From a virus, in the IMG/VR virus record IMGVR_UViG_3300009177_000720: DNA of 64,000 nucleotides, one strand, 5' to 3'. Of this stretch, positions 1-9,621 are shown in pieces. The notes beneath the pieces were generated by a model, which had not been told where the DNA came from, ran no database searches, and saw nothing but the letters and a program-made list of their open reading frames with translations. The position numbers and the translations under genes were made by a program. Within the stretch, counting starts at the first letter, position 1, and each line of letters opens with the position of its first letter.

Positions 1-78
1 TGCATACTTTACAAGGGTTTGTAGTGCATCCTTTAGGGATGAGGCGTTCATTTCGCCATGATTGTTAAACATATTCAT
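1..78 (-). CDS. N-terminus of probable major capsid protein (runs off window edge): MNMFNNHGEMNASSLKDALQTLVKYA...
   Basis: ATG at 78 with AGGAGA RBS upstream; open to base 1; lies directly downstream of a decoration-like gene in the head operon. Product call is positional only. Confidence 0.45.
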   Translation of the reverse strand, partial: MNMFNNHGEMNASSLKDALQTLVKYA

Positions 79-198
79 AATGTCTCCTAGTGGAATTTTT
101 TGCCAGTCTTACCAGCGACACACTCTCGTGTGATAGAGTGTTCTATGAACGTTAATCCATAAAACACTTGAACTTTATTCAGTCAGCTAATTAATCAA

Positions 199-849
199 TT
201 AGACTGGTGGGCTGAACCAGAAGGTTGCAAACGCAAACTGCTTGGTAGTGGTGTTAAGAGCCTGTACCAAGTTGCTTGGAGTGGTTACCAAAGAACCGTT
301 GGTCTCGAATCCAAGGAAACGAGCTACGGTGGTTCCAGTACCAGCGGCTGGAGTCAAAAGACCAGCAGAGGTAAAGTTAAGAGCTGCACCGATACCTAGG
401 GTAACGTTGGTTGGTTGAAGACCGGTAGTAGCGTTAGTGTCACATGCGTCAAGAGAGACGGCATATAGACCCTGCTTGTCCCAGCAAGTTACCTTGCCAG
501 AGCCAGTTGCAGTGTGAGGTCCAAGGACCGCACCGCCAGTTACCTGTTGACCAACAGTTCCACCAACAACAGAACCGAATAGGGTTCCGTATCCAGTGAT
601 ACCTTCATCGGCCAAGAACAATGGACGGTCGCTACCAGAAGTAGCTAGAGTTACAACTGGACGGTGCTCAACAGAACCGGAGTTGTCGTATCCGTCACGG
701 AATACATCATAAGCAGCCTTATCGGAGCTGGCGGCTGGGTAGCCCTTGATAGTAACAACTTCACCACCCTTAAGTAGCAAGGATGCTGCATCATAACCGT
801 CAAACTGACCTAATGGCTGAGTGCCTGGTTGCAATAGTTTTAGAGACAT
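199..849 (-). CDS. Probable capsid decoration/cement protein
   Basis: 216 aa, Gly/Thr-rich, beta-type (GSGKVTCW...GLYAV); similar to 7554..8243; next to the putative capsid gene. Confidence 0.5.
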   Translation of the reverse strand: MSLKLLQPGTQPLGQFDGYDAASLLLKGGEVVTIKGYPAASSDKAAYDVFRDGYDNSGSVEHRPVVTLATSGSDRPLFLADEGITGYGTLFGSVVGGTVGQQVTGGAVLGPHTATGSGKVTCWDKQGLYAVSLDACDTNATTGLQPTNVTLGIGAALNFTSAGLLTPAAGTGTTVARFLGFETNGSLVTTPSNLVQALNTTTKQFAFATFWFSPPV

Positions 850-979
850 TTTATTTTCCTATAATCTCAATATCACATTAACGTGATGTTGGTTACTTAC
901 ACCTTAAACTTACAAAATCTAACAAACATATTCCCTTATTACCAGATTTTGGTAAAAAAGTGATTTAAATTCCATTTAA

Positions 980-2236
980 TTATGTTGGAATTCCATATTC
1001 TTTAAGAGCGTTATCCAAATCATCATCTGGTTTGTTGGAAACCATTACATTTCCAGGGGTTTTGCTTCCTGGTGGAACTTGATAAGGAACGTTCTGATAT
1101 TCAGAGCCAAAATCTTTATTAGCCTTGGATTGGGCCGCAATTAAATCACTTGAGGCTTTTTCTTCAATTGATTTCGCATCTTTAAGCATCTTAAGAATTT
1201 CCGCAACGGAAGATTTAAATGGAGAAATAGCCCTTACTACATCTTCAAAATCATCTGCCAATAAAGAAGTCTTACCTCCAACTAAGTGAGTATCTTCAAC
1301 AAGAGAAGTTAAAAATCCCTTATCTTTGGTATGACGAGTTTTATAAGCAGTGGAACTGAAATTAGCTTCTACTTGATCCATGAAGCTAGACATATTATAA
1401 ATCAAAGACTGTAAATTCTTATAAGCTGCAAGAACGGTCTGAGTTTTTGGTTGTTGAGCAATTTGCATCAATTCAGATGCGTCTCTTGGCTTTTCTAGCT
1501 CTCTAATGGCTCCCTGGCTGGCATCATAGGCCGTCATAAATGCATTTAATCTAGCCTTTAAACCTTGTACGTCTTGTTTAAGCTCTTGATCATATTCATG
1601 ACCAACACCCCAAGAAACGCTGCTGGCTAAGAAGTCATCTAGTTCGCCCTTAAGTCTTTCAGCGTTCTGTTGCAAACCTTTATCAAGATTTGGTAAATGC
1701 TGATGAGCGTAAATAGCACCCAAAGCAACTGCCACAATGGCAACTATGGCTAAAGGGCCGATGGCCTCTTTCTTTAGTTGGCCCTGATTAACTTGCTCTA
1801 AACAAGTATCAGCCAATACACGTAGCTCATCTTGATTCTTATTATCAAGATCATTACCAATTCTAACAAGAGATAGAACTAATTCTTTTTCGGCATATTT
1901 GCGATGTGTAGATAGTCCATCTGGAGTCTTGTGAACGATATGTAAATTGATGTTTTGTCTCTCAATTTCGCTCTCAACAAGACCATTTAACTTATCATAG
2001 GAAGGAGATACCACTACGGAATTTGGGTGAGCAACTTCCATAATGTTCTTTTTATATTCCATGCTCTTTGGAGCATCTGGTTTGACGCCGTACAACGCTT
2101 CAATAGCGGAGGCATCCAAGGAGTCAGCTCTACCAGTTTGTTCTAGCTTTTTCTTAGCTTCGCTAGAATCATTGGAGATCATGCCTTTTTCTTGGGCTAT
2201 CTTGACAAAACTGTCGAAAATCTCACTTCTACTCAT
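980..2236 (-). CDS. Putative internal head/ejection protein with one hydrophobic helix
   Basis: 418 aa; AHP domain shared with 6336..7463; helical-hairpin motif; LKKEA followed by IGPLAIVAIVAVALGAIYA. Confidence 0.45.
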   Translation of the reverse strand: MSRSEIFDSFVKIAQEKGMISNDSSEAKKKLEQTGRADSLDASAIEALYGVKPDAPKSMEYKKNIMEVAHPNSVVVSPSYDKLNGLVESEIERQNINLHIVHKTPDGLSTHRKYAEKELVLSLVRIGNDLDNKNQDELRVLADTCLEQVNQGQLKKEAIGPLAIVAIVAVALGAIYAHQHLPNLDKGLQQNAERLKGELDDFLASSVSWGVGHEYDQELKQDVQGLKARLNAFMTAYDASQGAIRELEKPRDASELMQIAQQPKTQTVLAAYKNLQSLIYNMSSFMDQVEANFSSTAYKTRHTKDKGFLTSLVEDTHLVGGKTSLLADDFEDVVRAISPFKSSVAEILKMLKDAKSIEEKASSDLIAAQSKANKDFGSEYQNVPYQVPPGSKTPGNVMVSNKPDDDLDNALKEYGIPT

Positions 2237-2264
2237 TGTTTGCTCACCATAGATTAATTGTAAT

Positions 2265-2279
2265 AATATGCCCGGTTAT
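2265..2279 (-). promoter_or_regulatory. Putative late promoter motif ATAW-N4-GCATA (ATAACCGGGCATATT)
   Basis: Recurs upstream of genes at 7494, 19604, 25106 and on the + strand at 57636. Confidence 0.5.
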
Positions 2280-3379
2280 GCCACTTTTTCGGCTACGTCA
2301 TCAATAAACATGTCCACAATCTGCTTTTTGGAAGTAAAATATCTAGGGATTAAAACAATATTGTCTCCCTCTGATACTTTGTTATTTGAAACAATTCTAC
2401 TCTTTATAACTTGAAAGGCTGGAGAAGATCGAATGAGAGCTTCTTTACCTTCTAGTCCAGAATATACTTCTTTAGCAAACATAACTAACATGGTCTCAAT
2501 AGAAGACTCATTATTTGGAACAGCTTCTGCCCAAACACGATTTACATTTTTTTGTTCATTTCGGTAACTTGTATTAACTTTGAATTTAGTTTGTGTGGAA
2601 GTTGGGGCCGCTGGAGCGGTAGTTGGGGCTGCCGTATCACTAACAGGCTTTCCTTTTTGAACTGTATTGTCCAATGCGTTTGGTCTATCCAAAAACTTAT
2701 TGACCACATCACCAGCAACCATTAAACCTGCTGATGCAATAGCGATCTTAAATACCCATCCCAATACTTTACCTAATAGGTTAGCGGTTGCACCCTTACG
2801 ACTACTGAACATTGAAAAGAAAGGAGATGCAGCTTCTTTTGTAAAACTCATGCTGTCTTTTTCAAATTCAATCATTGCTAGTTTAAGAAGCTTCGCATCA
2901 CGAAATAATTGTCTGCTTGATTTCTTCTGCTCTAGCATTTGGGCGGCTTTCTCAGCTTCATCTTCAGTTGGTGCTTTATTATGCTCCTGAACAGATGATG
3001 CAACCATTCCATCAACTTCTGATGAGGAAACTTGTTTCCCACCACTTAGCGCTGACTTTAATTTATCCCAAATAGACTGAAGAATACTACCAACATCAAT
3101 ATGGAATATTCTCATAGCTAAACCAAAAAGTATTCCAAGCCAACCCAAGCCCATTGCACGAAAGGCAATGGAAATGGCGCCTGGAGCTAATAGATTTAAT
3201 AAGCTACCAGTTTTGTCTTCCGGATTAATGTTGTTGCCAACATACCCTTTAACTTTATCAATCAGTGATGAAATAGCACTACCCGCTTGAGCAGTTTTAG
3301 ACAAACCCTCATCGGATAATAGTGTTTCCACTATCATAGTATCAACTATAAAACTAATTTCACTGTTGGTGTGGGTCAT
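2276..3379 (-). CDS. Putative membrane-interacting virion protein
   Basis: 367 aa; hydrophobic segments (GAISIAFRAMGLGWLGILFGLAM; LLGKVLGWVFKIAIASAGLMVAG); LSKTAQ and FTKEAA motifs. Confidence 0.45.
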   Translation of the reverse strand: MTHTNSEISFIVDTMIVETLLSDEGLSKTAQAGSAISSLIDKVKGYVGNNINPEDKTGSLLNLLAPGAISIAFRAMGLGWLGILFGLAMRIFHIDVGSILQSIWDKLKSALSGGKQVSSSEVDGMVASSVQEHNKAPTEDEAEKAAQMLEQKKSSRQLFRDAKLLKLAMIEFEKDSMSFTKEAASPFFSMFSSRKGATANLLGKVLGWVFKIAIASAGLMVAGDVVNKFLDRPNALDNTVQKGKPVSDTAAPTTAPAAPTSTQTKFKVNTSYRNEQKNVNRVWAEAVPNNESSIETMLVMFAKEVYSGLEGKEALIRSSPAFQVIKSRIVSNNKVSEGDNIVLIPRYFTSKKQIVDMFIDDVAEKVA

Positions 3380-4983
3380 CTTTTAAACCTAATAACCTCA
3401 TTGGAACGATCTTGTAAATCGTCCAATTTTCTCATATTATCTTTGGCAATAGTAGCTTGATTACTAATAACTGCCATTTCTTGGCTATTGAAGTTTGCTT
3501 TTTCAGAAGTTGCATCGCGAGAGATGGCATATGTCTGATAGAACAATAGAATAGTAGCTTCGGTAATTTGTACAATCTTCTTTAGTGTATCAAGAAAGGT
3601 GACATATTGACGAGGCGGATCTTTTAGCCAGGTGGTAATTCCCTCTGGTCCAACTAGTAATCCAAAATTAACCTTAGACATTTTCAAATAATCTGAGTTA
3701 ATTAATCCAATTTCTTGAACTACAGCAGTTGCAGAGCTTTGGACTTGAGCGGCCTGTGGGCTCTTAGCATTTCGTGTAAGGGCCTTGTAAGCTTCAAAGA
3801 ACTGAAGGATTCTATTCAAATCAACAGCTTCCAAAGTTAGAGGCATTGCTCTGATAACAGGATCCAACATTTCTGGTGTAACCTGTCCGCCCTGACCTGG
3901 TTGTCCTCCTGGTTGCTGACCTGGCTGAGCGCCTGGTTGAGTAGTTCCAGGAGTGACAACAGCGCAAGGCTTTCCATTAGCTCCAGTTAACTTGCTACCA
4001 TATTCTTGAACAATTTTTAGATATTTAGCTGCTAGTTTGCTGTAATTAGCCTTTTGCTTATCAGCGGCGGCTCCATATTGAGCTAACCATTGTGCTCTAC
4101 GATACAGTACATTAACAGCAACACATGGGGCATCGCTATCAGCTTGCGTGGCGCTAATAGTAGTTGCTGGTTTCTTATCTACGGCTGGTAATACTACCTT
4201 CATATTGCTTAGCCAGGCCATAAATGCGCCAGAATCTGCAATGTCACTTGCTAGTAATTTGCGAGTAGCCCTATCAAAATGTGGGAATCCTCTAGTTCCT
4301 TCGAAGATGTCGCCTTCACCAAGAGTGTCACTCATAAATCCGTCTACAACATCCTTTGGATCAAATTCGGCCTTTTGTTCTGGCTTGGATACGGCATCAA
4401 CAGGTGGGCGCTGAGCAGTTACTAAATAACCATTTAGCTCACCAATCATTTTGCTCAACATCAATTTGGTAGCATTACTCTTTTCGTTATCTCTCAAATA
4501 CACCAAGTATTCGGTCAGTGCTTTAACGTTAGCAACGGCTGGTACCTTAATTGGACGGCGAGTTATTTCTTCTCTTGATCTATCGCTACGCATAGATTCG
4601 AAATCCCAAATATCTGGGTCATCTGCTTGCGTTGGATGTGCTTCGTCTGGGGACCAGGCAAATCTTTTACCTTCCCAAGTAAACTTTTTAGCAGCGCACC
4701 ACAAAATGAAGTCGCCAAGAGTTCTTAAATTCTCTGGAGTGGCAGTTAGATTGTTTGGATCGGCACCCTGCTCAAGACCTAAAGGGTTTCCTTTGGCGGG
4801 AGCATCGGCAGTGTTGTATTGTCTTTGTAGATTTGTAACTAAAGCATGAGCCGCATGATAAGTAAGAAAATCTGTAGGCGGAACGGTGCTCTTGGCTGCG
4901 TTCTGGGCCTCTTTAACTAAAGAGGTAGCGCCAGACACCAAAAGATCTTTTAGTAATTTTTTATCGTCATAGATGAAACTCAT
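3376..4983 (-). CDS. Hypothetical virion-region protein
   Basis: 535 aa; LVKEAQ near N-terminus; QPG-repeat linker; 4-nt overlap with the downstream gene. Confidence 0.6.
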   Translation of the reverse strand: MSFIYDDKKLLKDLLVSGATSLVKEAQNAAKSTVPPTDFLTYHAAHALVTNLQRQYNTADAPAKGNPLGLEQGADPNNLTATPENLRTLGDFILWCAAKKFTWEGKRFAWSPDEAHPTQADDPDIWDFESMRSDRSREEITRRPIKVPAVANVKALTEYLVYLRDNEKSNATKLMLSKMIGELNGYLVTAQRPPVDAVSKPEQKAEFDPKDVVDGFMSDTLGEGDIFEGTRGFPHFDRATRKLLASDIADSGAFMAWLSNMKVVLPAVDKKPATTISATQADSDAPCVAVNVLYRRAQWLAQYGAAADKQKANYSKLAAKYLKIVQEYGSKLTGANGKPCAVVTPGTTQPGAQPGQQPGGQPGQGGQVTPEMLDPVIRAMPLTLEAVDLNRILQFFEAYKALTRNAKSPQAAQVQSSATAVVQEIGLINSDYLKMSKVNFGLLVGPEGITTWLKDPPRQYVTFLDTLKKIVQITEATILLFYQTYAISRDATSEKANFNSQEMAVISNQATIAKDNMRKLDDLQDRSNEVIRFKR

Positions 4984-4994
4984 TATTTAGTTCC

Positions 4995-6335
4995 TTATGC
5001 TGTAGCATTGCCTCTAGAATTTGTGTTCAATACAGGTGTACTCATATCCGTTTTAGGCTTTGGTGGTACTGGAAGCGGCTCATTAGCTAAAGTATTCTTG
5101 ATATGTGTAGCTAATCCTGAAAGAACTTTAGCTATAATATCTGGATTCTTTATATCATTTTCATCATACTTAAGAGACTGCATCATAAACTGCCTAAAAG
5201 AAGCTTGGTCTTTAAAATTTGCCAATGAAAGCTGAGGAAAAGTATATGTTGCATTAGGGCTGCTTCCTTTATATGGAAGCGTTACATTGAATAAATTAGC
5301 TGCACCTAAATTGTTCATTACTGACTTATATTCTGGTTTGATTTGTCCGGGATCTTCTCCGCCCAATTTAGCCGTAATCATTGGTGATTGCTTGGAAATA
5401 GCAGCCTTATAAGCAGGATGATTAAGAACATACTTATAGAAATACTGATAAAAATATGATAGCTTATCAACTATCTCAGTGATTACTTCGGCACTCTTAC
5501 CCAGTTCTGCTTGAGATACTTTACTTAAAAACACATTGGATTTGGATGTTGCTGGATATTCTTTTACCTTAGGGATAACGCTAGCAAATCTTGCTAAATC
5601 CTTAGCCGTAAAAGTATGGCTAGCTTTTTGTGCAACCGTTCCCATAAAGGTAGTAATTTGCACCAACGCATCAGCTAGGGCATATGTATCCATGACTGCA
5701 TTTTGAGTTCTAAAATCCCAAACACCATCCGGAATTTTCTCTCCTGGTTTTGGAGAACCAATTCTTCGAAGGCCATCTAAAACATTATCCATCTCAATAT
5801 TATCAGTTGGTTTTTTATCAGCCCTATCCACAGCGTCTGGGTTTGGATCAAATTCTACTCCATGAATAGAAGAGCCATTCGTATACTGTTCGGCAATAAA
5901 GTCATTAAAATCTTTTCTAGGATCGTTCTCTACTAGAACTTCTTTGGTGACGGTCTTCTTAGGATTTTTCGGATCTGGAGCCTGGGTAAATTTAGTCTTG
6001 TAATCAACTGCAACTTTAGCAAAATTCTGAATTGACTTTTGCATTTCCTTAATTGCTGGTGCTGCACTTGGAGCAACAGCATGACCACCGCCACCACCAC
6101 CAGTATTCTGGCGTTGTTGGGCAGGTGCTGTTCCACCTAGCATATTTTCTGCTCCACCATAATCGGCCTTTGGAGCTGGTTGATTTGCGCCACCAGTATT
6201 ATTGGCGGGTGCCTTAACCGGTTGAACGGTCGCAGGACCAGTAGCACCAGGTGTAGCCTTAGCTTTACCTAGTTGTGCAAACTGAGCCTCTTTTTTTATT
6301 TCAGCTACAAGCTTTTTAAGTCTCTCATTACTCAT
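4995..6335 (-). CDS. Hypothetical virion-region protein
   Basis: 446 aa; IKKEAQ then a Gly/Pro/Ala-rich linker; DGVWDFRTQNA loosely resembles a peptidoglycan-binding DG-x-W-G-x-x-T motif. Confidence 0.6.
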   Translation of the reverse strand: MSNERLKKLVAEIKKEAQFAQLGKAKATPGATGPATVQPVKAPANNTGGANQPAPKADYGGAENMLGGTAPAQQRQNTGGGGGGHAVAPSAAPAIKEMQKSIQNFAKVAVDYKTKFTQAPDPKNPKKTVTKEVLVENDPRKDFNDFIAEQYTNGSSIHGVEFDPNPDAVDRADKKPTDNIEMDNVLDGLRRIGSPKPGEKIPDGVWDFRTQNAVMDTYALADALVQITTFMGTVAQKASHTFTAKDLARFASVIPKVKEYPATSKSNVFLSKVSQAELGKSAEVITEIVDKLSYFYQYFYKYVLNHPAYKAAISKQSPMITAKLGGEDPGQIKPEYKSVMNNLGAANLFNVTLPYKGSSPNATYTFPQLSLANFKDQASFRQFMMQSLKYDENDIKNPDIIAKVLSGLATHIKNTLANEPLPVPPKPKTDMSTPVLNTNSRGNATA

Positions 6336-7463
6336 TTAAGCCCCTGCATTTCCGCCTAGAGCGCTTCTGATTTCACTAAATAATGAATTAGCTTTATTTT
6401 TAACACTTTGCATGTAAGGTTCATCAAAATCAAATCCCGGAGAAAACTTATCATAAATTAAGTTTCCCAAACCTCGCTTCATATTATTGAGTGAGCTAAG
6501 AATTTCTGTGAACGAATTTGCTTTTCCAATAGCTGACTTTCCAAGATGTCCTGTCTTAAAGTTTCCACCAACCTCAGAAAAAGTAACTTTGCTTTGTTCA
6601 ATATCATCAACATTCTTTAATCTTTGTAACTCTAAAGCTCTTGCTTTATCAAAAGCAGATTTACATGCTTGCATATACTCACTTACGAAAGTAACTAAAT
6701 ATTCCTTACCGGTTTTAACGGCTGGTGCTACTTCTTTAGGAAATCTATCATCTGATGCTAGTTGAGCAAGTTGATCCAATAAAGTTACTACTTTACCAAG
6801 TGGTCCAATAGCTCCACCCAAAGTTTCACTGATGTATCTTGCATTTGCTCTGTTACCATCACTCCAAGGTGGGTTAGAAATTAACTTCATCTCAAGAGGA
6901 TCTGTTTTAGGAGCTGGTCCCAAATCAAGTTTGAAAGGAAGTGTTGGCCCGTAGTTTGGACGAGGCTTAGGATCAGGATAAGGTTTCCAATCTTGTCCTA
7001 AAACCATTTTCACCGCATTAACAATTTCAGCAGAAGAGGCAAGTTTACCGGTTGGCATCTTGTCAATCATTTTGATATTTTGAAGATGTTGGTCTAGAAT
7101 GGTTTCAAACACAGCTTCATCGGCATCTACGCCTTCAAGCTTGTGACTTCCCTTTGGGTGAGCCTCCTCAACCAAGTCTTCGCCCTTTTCTTTGGAAGTT
7201 TGATAAAGGGTATCGGCCTGCTTAAAGGCCATAAATTTGGTTTCAACTTCATCAGCATACTTGTCAAATCCGGCCTCTCTAAGGCCGACAGAAAGCTTAA
7301 TAAGATTAGCCGTAAGCGTAGATGAAGGGGTTAGATCGGCCTTCTTAGTAATAGAGGCAGTCTTAACAAGGTCTTGTTCCTTTACAAGGCCCTTTTCCCT
7401 TGCAACCTTCTCTAAAGAGCGCATCACAGCGGAATCTTGAAATTTTACATGCTTAAAAGTCAT
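6336..7463 (-). CDS. Hypothetical virion-region protein (AHP-domain paralog of 980..2236)
   Basis: Start moved to MTFKHV (GAGG RBS); LVKTAS, helical hairpin, EEAHPKG...KMPTG. Confidence 0.6.
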   Translation of the reverse strand: MTFKHVKFQDSAVMRSLEKVAREKGLVKEQDLVKTASITKKADLTPSSTLTANLIKLSVGLREAGFDKYADEVETKFMAFKQADTLYQTSKEKGEDLVEEAHPKGSHKLEGVDADEAVFETILDQHLQNIKMIDKMPTGKLASSAEIVNAVKMVLGQDWKPYPDPKPRPNYGPTLPFKLDLGPAPKTDPLEMKLISNPPWSDGNRANARYISETLGGAIGPLGKVVTLLDQLAQLASDDRFPKEVAPAVKTGKEYLVTFVSEYMQACKSAFDKARALELQRLKNVDDIEQSKVTFSEVGGNFKTGHLGKSAIGKANSFTEILSSLNNMKRGLGNLIYDKFSPGFDFDEPYMQSVKNKANSLFSEIRSALGGNAGA

Positions 7464-7493
7464 AAGTAGCCTCAATAGGTGGATTTATTCTAT

Positions 7494-7508
7494 AATATGC
7501 GAGATTAT
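7494..7508 (-). promoter_or_regulatory. Putative late promoter motif (ATAATCTCGCATATT)
   Basis: Intergenic copy of ATAW-N4-GCATA about 30 nt upstream of a start codon. Confidence 0.5.
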
Positions 7509-7553
7509 AGAAAGCTTCTACTAAATAAAAGAATATGCAGCTAAATTACTGCC

Positions 7554-8243
7554 TTAGAACCACAAAGCTTCAATCATTGGGTTCATTGGCGTTGGTGGGG
7601 CTGTAACCATCGCTACAGCAGGATGAACGCTGCTTGGTCTTCTAGTAGTCAAGAAGCCCGTCTCACTAACGTATAAATTAGCACGGACTGGGTATTGCTG
7701 GTTTGTTTCATACTGGTCGGTTTGAAAAAACATTCTATTAAACCAAACAGTTACTCTACCAGAACCCTGAGTGCTATCATCACCGGGAATATTAGCTACT
7801 TGATAAGTATAATTTACAATTGCTCTAATAGCATTGGGCGAGCCAGATCCTGTTAAATCGAAATTTAATGGAGTACCAGCTATGAATGTAATTACACCAT
7901 TAACAGGATTCAAAACAACGTTGACAGTGGATGTAAAGCTGCTTTTTACTATATTAGGTTTTTTTAATTCCGCTTTAATATCAATGGGAGTCACTATGCT
8001 TCCACCGGGGCCTGGGACACCAACAGCAGGAACAATAACAACTTCATTCCAAGAAACGTTGGTAAATGCTTTAGTTTTAATATCGTCAATAATACCAATG
8101 GGGGCAGTTCCGTTACTAACGGTAGCCATTACTTGATTACCAATAACAGTTAATTCAGCGATTTGACCCGGCTGAAATTCAGCGGAGGGATCGACTATAA
8201 AATTGGATGGAAGTGTATTACCTACTTGTACTAATCTTAGCAT
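7554..8243 (-). CDS. Probable capsid decoration/structural protein
   Basis: 229 aa, beta-rich; MLRLVQVG...FQPGQI...GSGRVTVW parallels MSLKLLQPG...LKGGEV...GSGKVTCW of 199..849. Confidence 0.5.
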   Translation of the reverse strand: MLRLVQVGNTLPSNFIVDPSAEFQPGQIAELTVIGNQVMATVSNGTAPIGIIDDIKTKAFTNVSWNEVVIVPAVGVPGPGGSIVTPIDIKAELKKPNIVKSSFTSTVNVVLNPVNGVITFIAGTPLNFDLTGSGSPNAIRAIVNYTYQVANIPGDDSTQGSGRVTVWFNRMFFQTDQYETNQQYPVRANLYVSETGFLTTRRPSSVHPAVAMVTAPPTPMNPMIEALWF

Positions 8244-8288
8244 GAGAATCCTTTTCTACGTATACCGCTCTCATACCTATATAACAGA

Positions 8289-9368
8289 TTAGTCGCTATC
8301 CTCAAAGGTTTCACCTGAACTACCATCGTGAATTGATGATGGTTTTTCATCAATTTCAGCATTCAAAATGTCATCAGATTGAGCATCATCCATTACAATA
8401 AGACCTTCTAAATCACCAAAATCTGGTCTTGGCTTTGGTCTGCTGGATGGTTGTCTGACAGTTGGAGGTGGCTCTTCGATGCCCTCTTCCATCATTTTAT
8501 GAGCCTTCCATTTCTTGTAAAATTCATCAAAAGATTTTGGTTGAGGAACGTCAACATTATTATCATCAGCCATATTGAATTCAGTGCCGTGATGCTTAAG
8601 GTTTTCCACCATTTTCTCTGGCGTCAATCCCTTAGTATGCCAATCACTCACTGAAAGCGGATTCTTTGGCTTATGTGGCTTTCCTCTAACATCATTATCA
8701 TCAAGCCCTAATTCTTGAGCAATGCTCTTGAAAACTAATTCATCTGGACTTGGCTTATCATCTTGCTTTGGTTGCTTGAGAAGACTTTGCATCTCAATTT
8801 CTTGACCGGGTTGAACTCCGACTGGACCAGGGTTAGCCATCCATTGAGAAACATTTTGTTGAAAATTTTCAGATTCGGATGGTCTATTCGGATCAATTGG
8901 AGCCATTGGATTCTCGATCCATGACATGAATCTCTGAGGAGAGCCCTCTGGATTCATTAATTCGGCAGCTTCTTCTTCACTCATAAGATTATGTCTACCA
9001 ATGAAAGAAGCAATTTCTTTATCAGTATATCCTAATCTTCTAAATGCAGTATTTACTCTAGCTTTAGAAAAAGCATCACCCTTACCTAATCCTTTTAGAT
9101 CGGCTTGGGTTACACCATTTTCCATCAATGATTGCATTGATGGCATCATCTTTACTTTAGTATCATGCTGAGCGGCAATTTTAGATAAAATCTGAAGAAC
9201 TTGTTCTGCCTTAGCAGTCATGCCAGCCTCTTCAAAAATTTGAGCCGCAGAATGAAGATACTCCACTGCCTGAACAAGGCTATTCATGCCTTGCTTTTTT
9301 TCATGAGAGTGTAGCTCGCGCTGCATTCCATGGATTAGCTCATTTTCGAAAAGACTTTTTTTGATCAT
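8289..9368 (-). CDS. Hypothetical head-region protein with N-terminal helical-hairpin module
   Basis: First 65 aa are clearly paralogous to the whole 9380..9607 protein; acidic Pro-rich remainder. Confidence 0.65.
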   Translation of the reverse strand: MIKKSLFENELIHGMQRELHSHEKKQGMNSLVQAVEYLHSAAQIFEEAGMTAKAEQVLQILSKIAAQHDTKVKMMPSMQSLMENGVTQADLKGLGKGDAFSKARVNTAFRRLGYTDKEIASFIGRHNLMSEEEAAELMNPEGSPQRFMSWIENPMAPIDPNRPSESENFQQNVSQWMANPGPVGVQPGQEIEMQSLLKQPKQDDKPSPDELVFKSIAQELGLDDNDVRGKPHKPKNPLSVSDWHTKGLTPEKMVENLKHHGTEFNMADDNNVDVPQPKSFDEFYKKWKAHKMMEEGIEEPPPTVRQPSSRPKPRPDFGDLEGLIVMDDAQSDDILNAEIDEKPSSIHDGSSGETFEDSD

Positions 9369-9379
9369 TATTCCTCAAA

Positions 9380-9607
9380 TTAAGAAGTCTTGCCGGAAAG
9401 CTGTTGAGCCAATCCCTGCAAGACTTCAGTTACTTCATCAGCTTGTTCGGTCATGCCGGCCTGATCAAAGATCTCGGCAGCAGCATTTAGATAATCAGCA
9501 GCTTGTGCTAGCTTACTAAATCCATGCTTATCTTCAACTTGTTTTGCAACAAGTTGCTTTTCCATCGAATGATAGATCTCGTCTTCAAAGCTGCTTTTTT
9601 TAAACAT
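9380..9607 (-). CDS. Stand-alone helical-hairpin module protein (75 aa)
   Basis: MFKKSSFEDEI...AADYLNAAAEIFDQAGMTEQADEV; paralog of the 8289..9368 N-terminus. Confidence 0.7.
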   Translation of the reverse strand: MFKKSSFEDEIYHSMEKQLVAKQVEDKHGFSKLAQAADYLNAAAEIFDQAGMTEQADEVTEVLQGLAQQLSGKTS

Positions 9608-9621
9608 AGGTTACCTCAGAA

